The notes under the pieces: generated by a model | Database searches by the model: none | Seen by the model: the letters and a program-made list of their open reading frames with translations, nothing else | What the model was told of the DNA's origin: nothing | Part shown: piece by piece, positions 10,790 through 22,700 of the stretch | Layout of the letters: each line of letters opens with the position of its first letter | Numbering within the stretch: position 1 is the stretch's first letter | Program-made: the position numbers and the translations under genes | Origin: Octopus bimaculoides | Taxonomy: Eukaryota | DNA: 64,000 nt | Direction of reading: 5' to 3' | Assembly (NCBI RefSeq): GCF_001194135.2 | Contig: NC_068992.1 | Location: 61,951,010-62,015,009 of the forward strand

Positions 10790-12048
10790 TTCTTTTTAGA
10801 TTTTTTTTTCAAATTCCATGAAAGAATTTTTGATTTTATGGTTACATGTTGATACGATTTCCAAGTGCCTATTAACTATTTGTTGTTTGCCAAAAATAAT
10901 TTCTAGTGTCTCTTCTAAGCATAAGTTGCAGTATCGGGAGATTCCATTGTAGGGTTTGGTATATTTCAGTATAGACCATTTCGATGTATACACCTTTCCA
11001 CTTCAATTTAAATTCCAGATGAGACTCGTTAATGGAGTGCAGAAAAATATGCGATGTGGTTTCTTTAGCAGTGTTTCACCATGTCAGCATTTGCATCAAT
11101 GTACACATATTTTTGTGCATCTGTCTGTACTTCACATTTATAAATAGCACCCCTTTAAGAAAATCATAGATAGCAACCCAGCAGACACTAGCTAATGTAT
11201 ACAAATATTGCTTATAACGATAACAAAATAATATATTTATGGAAAACATTTAAGCTAACAAGATGATGTTAACATATTCTGGTTACCAAACTAATGATAA
11301 ATGATCTAAGGCGAGACGGAAAGGTGTGATTAGGGCAGACGTTAAATCGCCATTATCTTAAATTTGATCTAATATGCAGTGTAGTCCAAAGGAAGAAAAA
11401 TATCATAACCAAAACACTACAATACACTGCTCTTAATGTGAATTTTATCCTCTCTATAATCTTCGTACTTTGTTCAGAACTGATAATGGTAAAATGAACT
11501 TTTGTTTTATTATTTCCATATTTGTTCTAGCATAACCGAAACCCATGGGGTGAGGAGGACGTCTGGCGTCTTCAGTGAAATCTAATGAGTGCTTTTCTTT
11601 TTTCTTTGGCTTGCTGTGACGACAGGCAAGTAACGCCCGGTACTTTTTTCTGTTTTTTGCTTTTTCTTTTTGTCTCCCCCTTTGATGTGCTGCGACGATT
11701 CACAAGTAACGTCTAAAATTTAGTGGAGCATTTTGATTTGTGTAATGGTAAATGTCTTCAAGCAAAAACATAGGACCAGCTAAAAAGCATTAATGTAACT
11801 GCCTAACGAAACATATGCATGATAATGGGTTCAAACTCGAGATTCATAGATATTATGAATAATCTCTAATAATGTTATGAATGTGAAAATGTCCCCACAA
11901 ATGATCATGTGGGATGCAGAAACATATGTCATGATACATTAATAAGGCCTGTACATTTCCACCCGCAAGGCATTTTCGATATTATTATATTTATCCTAAG
12001 ATGTATAACCATCCCATGGGATTACACTGGAAGATACGAATAACAGGT
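10790..12048 (-). mobile_element. Penelope-like element remnant (RT thumb plus GIY-YIG endonuclease)
   Basis: AIYKCEV..KYVYI (GIY-YIG) at about 11100-11150; SKWSILKYTKPYNGISRYCNLCLEE..VNRHLEIVSTCNHK (ORF 10796..10993); YRPY/TYV thumb remnants at about 11900-11960. Confidence 0.8.
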
Positions 12049-12053
12049 GCTAA

Positions 12054-12123
<70 letters not shown>

Positions 12124-12205
12124 TTCATTATTATTATTAATAATAATGATAATAATAATAATAATAATGATAATAATAATAATAATAACAACAGCAACAA
12201 CAGGA

Positions 12206-12251
<46 letters not shown>

Positions 12252-12253
12252 CG

Positions 12254-12294
<41 letters not shown>

Positions 12295-12305
12295 TGTAAT
12301 AATAC
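12049..12305. repeat. Compound (TAT)n-(AAT)n-(AAC)n-(GAC)n microsatellite
   Basis: Direct reading. Confidence 0.97.
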
Positions 12306-12612
12306 TCCCCGCAAACGAATCAGAAGCAACGGGAAGAGCTATATCACAAGAATACGATGCTGATCAACAAGATATAGTGAGAACGATGTGCCGATATATT
12401 CGAGAACACCAGAATCGAGAACCCTCCAATCTGATGTACATTGATCGACGCAAGCTTAAAGTTGAAACCGAAAGGATAGATTCTGTCCTTGAACTTTTCC
12501 AGACGGGAAATATAACTGAAATCAACCAGATTATTTGGGCTGCAGCTATGGTTGCTGCAGACAGAGTTGGATACAGAAGAAGAGAACAAATAGAACGTAA
12601 AGAACCATTTAT
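12306..12612 (+). mobile_element. R4/Dong-clade non-LTR retrotransposon ORF fragment (N-terminal region)
   Basis: NLMYIDRRKLKVETERIDSVLELFQTGNITEINQIIWAAAMVAADRVGYRRREQIERKEPF resembles the NITETNxLI..A..V..LG..KEP block upstream of RT in R4/Dong ORFs. Confidence 0.65.
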
Positions 12613-12624
12613 AGATTTATGTTA

Positions 12625-13945
12625 GATTAAATGTGGCCTGTCTATTCCTTTTAAGGTAATATTCTTTAATAAATTCTTGGTTCCTGGTACATACGTATCT
12701 AATACTACTATAAATTCTATTATAACTACATTTAACTAACCTCCTCATAATTGTTTAAGAGATGACATACTGGTGGAGGGTATGATTTTATATATTTTTC
12801 ATTTTATTATACATAAATTTATTTTTATGTTGGCATTTTTTCCTCTCTCTTCAATACTGTTCAGTAATACCTCTCTCGACTGGAGTATTTTAATAAACTC
12901 TTACTATGATAGTGCATTAAAAGAAGCATAATATAATACGAAAATTAGATTCTTTAATAATTACGGACCCAATAATAATACTAGTAAACATCCTCACGCT
13001 CAAACCAACTATAGCAGTAATAGCAAAGATAATAATAAACAATATAAGGAAATAAAGATAATTATAATATACGTATAAATAAAAATAATAATAAAAATGA
13101 TCATAGTAAAGATAATAAGAAAATAATTCGAATGGAAATAATCATAATTATTATATACCCACGAAGAATACACTGACAATGAACAAAAATAATAATAAGA
13201 ATTATAATAATAGTAATATTAATAATAAAAATAAACATAAGGAAATTATATGGTTAATTATCCCTTATGGGGTCTAGATCAAAACTAACTTAATTTAAGA
13301 AATTCTGAGCATAATAAAAACATTCTTTAAAAAGAACAAAACGTACTCGAAAATATTCTCAAACAAAACTATCAGAGTGGGCTATTCTACAACAAGAAAT
13401 GTAAGTAATATTATATCCTCAATAAACAATGTCAAATTAAACAAATTCTATAACAATATTAACAATAGCTACGGAAGAAATATCACAAACAATAAACATA
13501 ACCGTATTTTAAATAAATGCACATGTAAAGACAAATTCAAATGTAGGCTTTGTAATAATTGCAACCTAGATAACGTAATTTATAGATGTACAGTAACCTC
13601 TAATAATAATAATAAGAAGAAGAAGAAACAATATATTGGATCCACAGCGAACGAAATTAAAAGAAGAATTTCCCAGCATTATCAGTCCTTCAAAAATCCC
13701 AAATTAATAAATTCGACAGGTCTAAGTAAATACATATGGGAGTCGAAATCTAATAAAATAGAATACACCCTTAATTGGAATATCATTTGTAGAGCGAAGT
13801 CATATAGAATAGGTAATAAAATGTGCTTATTATGCACAACGGAGTTTATGAAAATATTCCAGTCGAGAGAGGTATTACTGAACAGTATTGAAGAGAGAAA
13901 AAGAAAATGCCGACATAAGATTAACTTTACGTACAATAAAATGAA
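12625..13945 (+). mobile_element. Penelope-like element (Neptune-type) 3' part with an open GIY-YIG endonuclease frame
   Basis: ORF 13377..: CTCKDKFKCRLCNNCNLDNVIYRCTV..QYIGST..IKRRISQH..TGLSKYIW..NWNII..CLLCT.E..LLN..E..CRHK; upstream decayed YYDSALKEA and EIIWL..PY motifs. Confidence 0.9.
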
Positions 13946-13954
13946 AGATTATTA

Positions 13955-14021
<67 letters not shown>

Positions 14022-14106
14022 GGCGGTGTGCTTGCAGAATCGTTAGCATGCCGGGCGAAATGTTTTGCAGCCTTTCGTCTGTCTTTACGTTCTGAATTCA
14101 AATTCC
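14022..14106 (+). mobile_element. Family A SINE head, truncated at the B box and fused to the pogo remnant
   Basis: GGCGGTGTGCTTGCAGAATCGTTAGC..GAATTCAAATTCCAC, then an abrupt switch to transposase sequence. Confidence 0.85.
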
Positions 14107-15158
14107 ACAGTCCTTTCTTGATGGGACAGACTTTTCTAAAAACCATCTCTCCAACATGATTGCTGTGGATGACACTGCAGCGTTCATGGGCCAAGGATCT
14201 CAATCAACAATCGATCAAAAGGGTGCGTCGTCAATCTACAATCCCTCCACTGGTTACGAAAGTGCACGAGTCACGTGTATTTTGGCAATTCGTTTCGATG
14301 GAAGTAAAGCCACACCTTTAATCATCACTAAAGGCAGGAAGGAAACAATTGAACGCATTTCAGGCATCTGTATTCAGAAAAATGAAAAGACATGGTGCAT
14401 ACAGGCAGTTTTAAGGAAATGGATCGATTTTATGCTGCCATTTATTTTGCGAGGAGATTAAAGAGGTCTGGTAGTCTGGGATTCAGCCAGCACGCAACGT
14501 GCAAAAGACATGAAGAACTTCCTTCATGTCTTCATGAAAGAAGAATAGATCAAATCATGATTCTCGCAGGAATGACTGCCTATCTCCAGACTCTTGACAT
14601 TGCAATAAATAAACCATTCAAGGACCATTTACGCATGGAAATCAATGACTTCATTGAAGACAGAATCGTGAGAAATCAGCGTGGAAATTTTGTGAAACCC
14701 AGCCTGCGAGAGATCATAACTTGGGTGACGAATTCATGGAACAAAATCACAGACAGCTGTGCTGCCAATGCACCACGAGCAGGGTACCTGGACAAGACCT
14801 TCTCATTCAACAAGACCTCAATTGCTCAGCATGAGAGATTGGGGACAACAGTTCTGAAGGAAATGGAGTTACACGAAAACTCCGCAGGAATTTTGGAATC
14901 CGGTGATTTGCAGAACATTGACATTTCAGAGGACGACGACATTACTGTTTTTGAATAAATGGTTGTTAATTAGTTTCTAAGTAAAAGAACATGTAAATCG
15001 TCAAGTAAACGTAGATCATTTTTCGTAATTTCTGTTTCTTTAGTAATTTCGCAATTTTCTATTTCGTAATGTCGTTTTTCGGTACGTGAAAAAATAGGAA
15101 CTTCCCTGAATATAAGCCCTAGTGCGTCATTTCGGAGTGAAAATTCGGGTAAATACGG
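14107..15158 (+). mobile_element. pogo/Tigger-family DNA transposon, 5'-truncated, disrupted DDE transposase plus right TIR
   Basis: NMIAVDDTA..RVTCILA..DGSK..PLII.KG; *RGLVVWDSAS; AGMTAYLQTLDIAINKPFKD; WVTNSW; one stop and one frameshift. The end reads CCGTATTTACCCGAA on the minus strand, a pogo-type TIR. Confidence 0.9.
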
Positions 15159-15227
15159 AATTAAGGGATTATATACCTATTTTTGCCCAACCCTGTTTAC
15201 ACACAGACACATACACGCGCACACGAG

Positions 15228-15283
<56 letters not shown>

Positions 15284-15504
15284 NNNNNNNNNNNNNNNNN
15301 NNNNNNNNNNNNNNNNNNNNNNNNNNNNNNNNNNNNNNNNNNNNNNNNNNNNNNNNNNNNNNNNNNNNNNNNNNNNNNNNNNNNNNNNNNNNNNNNNNNN
15401 NNNNNNNNNNNNNNNNNNNNNNNNNNNNNNNNNNNNNNNNNNNNNNNNNNNNNNNNNNNNNNNNNNNNNNNNNNNGTGTTTATTTAATAATTAGGTGCTA
15501 TTAA

Positions 15505-16110
15505 GGTGGCGAGTTGGCAGAAACGTTAGCACGCCGGGCGAAATGCTTAGCGGTATTTCGTCTGCCGTTACGTTCTGAGTTCAAGTTCCGCCGAGGTCGA
15601 CTTTGCCTTTCAACCTTTCGGGGTCGATAAACTAAGTACCAGTTACGCACTGGGGTCAATCTAATCGACTTAATCCCTTTGTATGTCCTTGTTTGTCCCC
15701 TCTATGTTTAGCCCCTTGTGGGCAATAAAGAAATAAGAAACGTTAGCATGCCGGGCAAAATACTTAGTGGTATTTCGTCTGTCTTTACGTTCTGAGTTCA
15801 AATTCCACCGAGGTTGACTTTGGTTTTCATCCTTTCGGGGTCGATAAATTAAGTACCAGATGCGTACTGGGGTCGAGCTAATCGACTGACTTCCTTCCCC
15901 CAAATTTCGGGCCTTGTGCCTAGAGTAAAAAAGAATCGTTACCGCGCCGGGCAAAATGCTTAGCGGCGGTTCATATGTGTTTACGTTCTAGGTTCAAATG
16001 TCACCAGCGTCGTCTTTACCTTTCATCCTTTTGGGGCCGATAAAATCGATTTAATCGACTTAGCCCCACCCAGGAAATTGCTGGCTTTGATCCAAAATTT
16101 TAAACAAATA
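15505..16110 (+). mobile_element. Head-to-tail trimer of family A SINEs
   Basis: Three units starting at about 15505, 15740 and 15934, each rejoining at AAGAA|(A/T)CGTTA. Confidence 0.85.
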
Positions 16111-16377
16111 ATTAGGTACTATAGTGTCACCAAACTGGAGAGGGGGTGGATAGCATGGCTTGATTCAGATGCCGATAGCCTTCTCTTTACACAGAGGAAC
16201 AACATGGCGGAGCGAAAATATGTCCAAGAAACGTCGTCACATTAAATACAAATACTGTAGGTTCCTTTATATGCAAAATGGCGAATTGAAAAGCGTCGGT
16301 TAACAGTGATTATGCTAAGATTAGGCAGAACTTCCCTATAGGTGTACTTAAAAATATCAATTCAACAATAAAAGGAG

Positions 16378-16452
<75 letters not shown>

Positions 16453-16534
16453 TCTTGATGGTGTACAAAGGTGGAAAAGAGAAAGTTCGCAAATCGTACT
16501 TGCATCTCTGAGTTTCACGCTTGATATCTGCGAA

Positions 16535-16850
16535 CGATTCTCATTTTAGCGTTCAAGGCTCCCGATCGTAACGTTGTTAGTTCGATCCCTGGCGGCATGT
16601 TGTGTTCTTCAGCAAGACACTTTGCTTCGTGTTGCTCCAGTTCACTCAAACAGCAAAAATGAGGTGTACACCTGCAATTTAAAGGGCTAACTTTGTCATA
16701 TTCTGTGTCATGCTGAATCCCTATGAGAACTACGTTAAGGGTGCTTGTGTCTGTAGAACGCTCAGCCACTTGTATGTTAATTCCAGGAGCAGGCTATTCC
16801 GTTTATCGGATAATCTGGAGTTCTCGTCGTCATATCCGACGGAACTCCAG
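16535..16850 (+). mobile_element. tRNA-derived SINE, family C
   Basis: GTTCGATCCC B box, GCAAGACACTT, GAGAACTACGTTAA, GCAGGCT.TTCCGTT; copies at 40895-41185 (+), 48225-48415 (+, partial) and 54295-54570 (-). Confidence 0.85.
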
Positions 16851-17083
16851 CTAGTGAAGAATGTTGGGTGGATGTAGGACGTAATCTGAATATGTGGCAT
16901 AAATGTCAGAATAGGAAAATGAATGTCAAACGTGAAATAAATGTGAACGTGATATAAATGTCAAAAGCGTGAAATAACCGTCAAATGTGACAGAAATGTC
17001 AAGCGTAATTTAAATGTCAAAAGTAGAAATAAATGTCCAGCATAATTACACGCACACACATACATACACACATGCATATATGA

Positions 17084-17117
<34 letters not shown>

Positions 17118-17600
17118 NNNNNNNNNNNNNNNNNNNNNNNNNNNNNNNNNNNNNNNNNNNNNNNNNNNNNNNNNNNNNNNNNNNNNNNNNNNNNNNNNNN
17201 NNNNNNNNNNNNNNNNNNNNNNNNNNNNNNNNNNNNNNNNNNNNNNNNNNNNNNNNNNNNNNNNNNNNNNNNNNNNNNNNNNNNNNNNNNNNNNNNNNNN
17301 NNNNNNNNNNNNNNNNNNNNNNNNNNNNNNNNNNNNNNNNNNNNNNNNNNNNNNNNNNNNNNNNNNNNNNNNNNNNNNNNNNNNNNNNNNNNNNNNNNNN
17401 NNNNNNNNNNNNNNNNNNNNNNNNNNNNNNNNNNNNNNNNNNNNNNNNNNNNNNNNNNNNNNNNNNNNNNNNNNNNNNNNNNNNNNNNNNNNNNNNNNNN
17501 NNNNNNNNNNNNNNNNNNNNNNNNNNNNNNNNNNNNNNNNNNNNNNNNNNNNNNNNNNTATATATATATATATGCGTATGTATGAATGTATACATGTCTG

Positions 17601-17698
<98 letters not shown>

Positions 17699-19201
17699 CC
17701 TATTATTTCTTAGGTGCCATGCGAGAAACATTCGGTCCTTGAATCACTTTAGTAACCTTTTGCTTATTTAAGAAATAAAGATATATCGTCATATATTGAA
17801 TTCTAAATATGCATATATTACACTCGCGCGCGCGCACACACATATTTATGCATTTATTTATACATATAATCTATTAATTTTCACAGTAACTGTTTTTTTT
17901 TTAAATAGGAACAATATATTTTCGAAGCCCATTAATGTTTGAAGATCTTCTCTGTGTTTCCCCTCCCCCACCATCATGTCAATGACATGATAGTAACAAT
18001 GGCTTTTATTTTTGTCAGAGGCGTTTTACAGTAGGAAGCAAATGCTCATGGTTATAACAATTAAAATCATTATCACTGGATTAGAATGTATCTAACAGTT
18101 ATATCTTAATGTATTTAACGGTTACCTCTTAACTTTAAACTGCAAGATTTTGGACTGTATTTTGCTGTTAAGCTTTTACGATTAGTCTCATATATGTATA
18201 ACTCAAAATACTATGGTCATTTCCAATTCGGCTTTCTAAATGGCAGGAGCTACGTAGACACACATTTCTTTGAGTGTATCCTTCTGGAGATGGGCCTTTG
18301 CACCTGAAATAGATGAAGGCTTTTCAACTTTCCTCTCTGCATTGTTAGAAGCCTTCCTTTCCCTTTTCGTTTATCGTTCTACTATGCTTGGGCTATCAAC
18401 AGGTTTTTTTCTTGCATTCTGTACTTGAGCATAATGTGCTTCAATGACTCTTTCTTCTTTGTTCACAGTCAACAAACTACAAAAGTGTTGTACATGTATG
18501 TCTGTTGTAAGTTAACAACACTCATGCGCTGATGCTTACAACGAAATACGTATATTGTATTGGGTATCTTAAATATATGTTTGTGGCTTGCAAGCATTTA
18601 TGGCTTCCTATTGATAACAAGGTTTCTTTCAATATCATGCTTTTGTAATTTTACATTATATTAATGAGCTTGTAGTTAAATGTGTTACATGACGGGTTCT
18701 GTTTTCTGAGTTTGTATGACATATTTATGCATTATTCGACTAGATAGGATTTCGTTGATGTAGCATATAATATGTATGGTTTGTGTATTTTTATTGGATG
18801 ATGTGTTTAATATATCTATGTATTAACATACTGATACAGAATGTATGAAACAAACTGAAAATTTCCAGAATTAAACTGTTAGACAATCTTGAATCTGACA
18901 ATGGTGATTTTAAACAATTGCAACATTATTCCTACGAATCTTTGCTGACGACTGTAAAGCGCACCATCACTATTTCACTACTACATTGGTTTCGTTCAAA
19001 AGGATGAAGCTGAGAATGTATTGGAACAGTCGTGAACTTAAACCCTGTTGGTAAAACAAAACTACAAGAACTCATAGGTAGAATTGGAAAAAGTTTTAAT
19101 ATAGCATATTCGAAAGAAAAACATAAACCTGGGTGTATATATGGGAGGCTGTGCGTTACAAGTACATAATAAATGTACTGCGTATGTATAAATGTACATA
19201 G

Positions 19202-19268
<67 letters not shown>

Positions 19269-19482
19269 CATCCACACATACATGTGAATCTAGGTATGTA
19301 AGCATATTTGTACCTACGTAAACATGTGTACATACACATACACATGCACACACATAATGACACCAATTAATTCAAATATTTACACGCACATATGCACACA
19401 TATACATATATAAGTATATACATATATATATATAGGAATATATATAGGAATATATATATATAGGAATATATATATATATATT

Positions 19483-19521
<39 letters not shown>

Positions 19522-20563
19522 ATGTATATATATATANNNNNNNNNNNNNNNNNNNNNNNNNNNNNNNNNNNNNNNNNNNNNNNNNNNNNNNNNNNNNNNN
19601 NNNNNNNNNATATATATTTATATGTATATATATATATATTTATATGTATATATATATATATTTATATGTATATATACATACATAGACATATACACACACA
19701 CATAAATATGCACATCTATCTATCTATCTATCTATCTATCTGTCTGTGTGTCTGTCTGTCTGTCTGTTTATCTCTATGAATAAATACACGTAAATATATA
19801 CATACGCACGCACACATAAAAGCCAAACACACTCATACATACACACTCAAACATGCACTCACATATACGGATAAATAAGAATTCATACAAATACGTACGT
19901 GTTTGTATATTATATATATATGTACATATGCGTGTGCGTGGGTATACACACACACATACACACTCTCTCTCTCTCTCTCTCTCGCTTACACACTCACACG
20001 CACGCGCGCACACACAAATACACACGTATATATATATGTACACACGCACAAAGAAAAAGGAAAGACTAAGCAACACACATCGGGACCGAACAAACGACCG
20101 AACGAAGGAAAGCGTGCAGGCAGAAAGGCAAGCAGGCTGGCTTGCTGATGGCACACACACACACACACACACGCACTTAGACTGAGAGGGAGAGTGGGAG
20201 ATAGAGTGGCAGAGAGAGAGAGAGAGAGAGAGGGTGAGAGAGAGAGAGAGCAATCGAGACTGAGCGAAAGACCTCAGGAAAGAAGAAGAGTTAGAAAGAG
20301 AGGAGAGAACGAGAGATAATGAGATAGAGGAAAGCCTTATATATATATATATACACATATATATACATATATATATAGAACATTTATATGTATAACAGTA
20401 TAAAATACGACAGCAACAATGCTGAGAGCAGGGGCAGCAGCAGTAGGAGCAGCAGCAGCAACAGCAGCAACAGCAGCATCAACAACAGGCATTCTAGCGG
20501 AACTACCACGGAGTTAAGAAGACTGTTGTATCTCTGTTGTGTTTACTGTGTCGGGGGGAAAAA

Positions 20564-20597
<34 letters not shown>

Positions 20598-21552
20598 TTA
20601 GACACACACTAACACACACTAACACACAGACACACATACACACAGGACACACACACACATATATATATAATGTACATATAGATATAATCTAACTACATAT
20701 ATCTATATATANNNNNNNNNNNNNNNNNNNNNNNNNNNNNNNNNNNNNNNNNNNNNNNNNNNNNNNNNNNNNNNNNNNNNNNNNNNNNNNNNNNNNNNNN
20801 NNNNNNNNNNNNNNNNNNNNNNNNNNNNNNNNNNNNNNNNNNNNNNNNNNNNNNNNNNNNNNNNNNNNNNNNNNNNNNNNNNNNNNNNNNNNNNNNNNNN
20901 NNNNNNNNNNNNNNNNNNNNNNNNNNNNNNNNNNNNNNNNNNNNNNNNNNNNNNNNNNNNNNNNNNNNNNNNNNNNNNNNNNNNNNNNNNNNNNNNNNNN
21001 NNNNNNNNNNNNNNNNNNNNNNNNNNNNNNNNNNNNNNNNNNNNNNNNNNNNNNNNNNNNNNNNNNNNNNNNNNNNNNNNNNNNNNNNNNNNNNNNNNNN
21101 NNNNNNNNNNNNNNNNNNNNNNNNNNNNNNNNNNNNNNNNNNNNNNNNNNNNNNNNNNNNNNNNNNNNNNNNNNNNNNNNNNNNNNNNNNNNNNNNNNNN
21201 NNNNNNNNNNNNNNNNNNNNNNNNNNNNNNNNNNNNNNNNNNNNNNNNNNNNNNNNNNNNNNNNNNNNNNNNNNNNNNNNNNNNNNNNNNNNNNNNNNNN
21301 NNNNNNNNNNNNNNNNNNNNNNNNNNNNNNNNNNNNNNNNNNNNNNNNNNNNNNNNNNNNNNNNNNNNNNNNNNNNNNNNNNNNNNNNNNNNNNNNNNNN
21401 NNNNNNNNNNNNNNNNNNNNNNNNNNNNNNNNNNNNNNNNNNNNNNNNNNNNNNNNNNNNNNNNNNNNNNNNNNNNNNNNNNNNNNNNNNNNNNNNNNNN
21501 NNNNNNNNNNNNNNNNNNNNNNNNNNNNNNNNNNNNNNNNNNNNNNNNNNNN

Positions 21553-21586
<34 letters not shown>

Positions 21587-21945
21587 TGTGTGGAAAAGGT
21601 TAACAACGCGACGACAATAAGAATATAAACAAACTGTAGTGGATTGAACTACATATACGAACAACCAGAGCAGTTTCAACAACAATAATAACAACAACAG
21701 TCAAAGGACGAAGAAGGAAATCTCTAAAGAAAAAAAAGATAAAAACCGAAATAGAATAAAGGAAGACAAAATCTCAAAATACATCCCTGGAAAAAAAAAA
21801 ACGCAAAACAAACTAACAGAAAACATAATAACCAACGAAAACCTGTGGCCAGCCTACTAAGAAAGCCAGCAAAGCTAGAATTGTGTGTGGAAGAAGGCAA
21901 TGTGTAAACCTGTATTATACATCAATATCATCTTTATTCACAAGC

Positions 21946-21991
21946 ATGATACTTCGCTGTCTAGTCATTCTGATTATATCCCTACAAAGCG
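21946..21991 (+). CDS. Candidate signal-peptide exon MILRCLVILIISLQS, phase-1 donor
   Basis: caagcATG context, hydrophobic core, donor AGCG|GTAAGT; no homology support. Confidence 0.3.
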
Positions 21992-22027
21992 GTAAGTAAC
22001 CCCATATTTATATACATTTACCATATA

Positions 22028-22070
<43 letters not shown>

Positions 22071-22139
22071 GCATGGCTAAACACACACGCACACTCACAC
22101 ACATATATCTATAAATCTATAAAGAAATTTATCTGTCTG

Positions 22140-22213
<74 letters not shown>

Positions 22214-22290
22214 AGTCTGTCTGTCTGTCTATGTGGGTATATGTACTTCTTACTTTCACATTCATACATATACACTTCCGTATATCATAT

Positions 22291-22322
<32 letters not shown>

Positions 22323-22585
22323 CATGTTAAGTGAGTGTAAGTTATCTTAAATCTTAGGTATATACGTATCATATCATACCATATACATTAATATCTACAG
22401 TGTCTCTTCTCTGTGTGTCTTTGTTTATATGAGTGTATGTGTGTGTGTGTGTGTGTATCGAACACATTCTAGCCTATAAATACAAACACACGCATATATG
22501 CGTGTGTGTGTGTAAAAATACATACACACACACACACGCACCTTCTGTTCTTATCTATCTATGTATCTATCTATCGGTCTGTCTA

Positions 22586-22617
<32 letters not shown>

Positions 22618-22643
22618 CTTTTCGCTGTCTCTGTCTCACATAA

Positions 22644-22700
<57 letters not shown>

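Noticed and set aside
11477-11550. CTGATAA..GAAACCC-ATG-GGGT-G hammerhead-like remnant
   Set aside because: Core mutated, G at the cleavage site, and on the opposite strand to the host PLE
18540-18800. Possible further Penelope remnants (also 36000-36240)
   Set aside because: Only scattered motif echoes; too decayed to list as features
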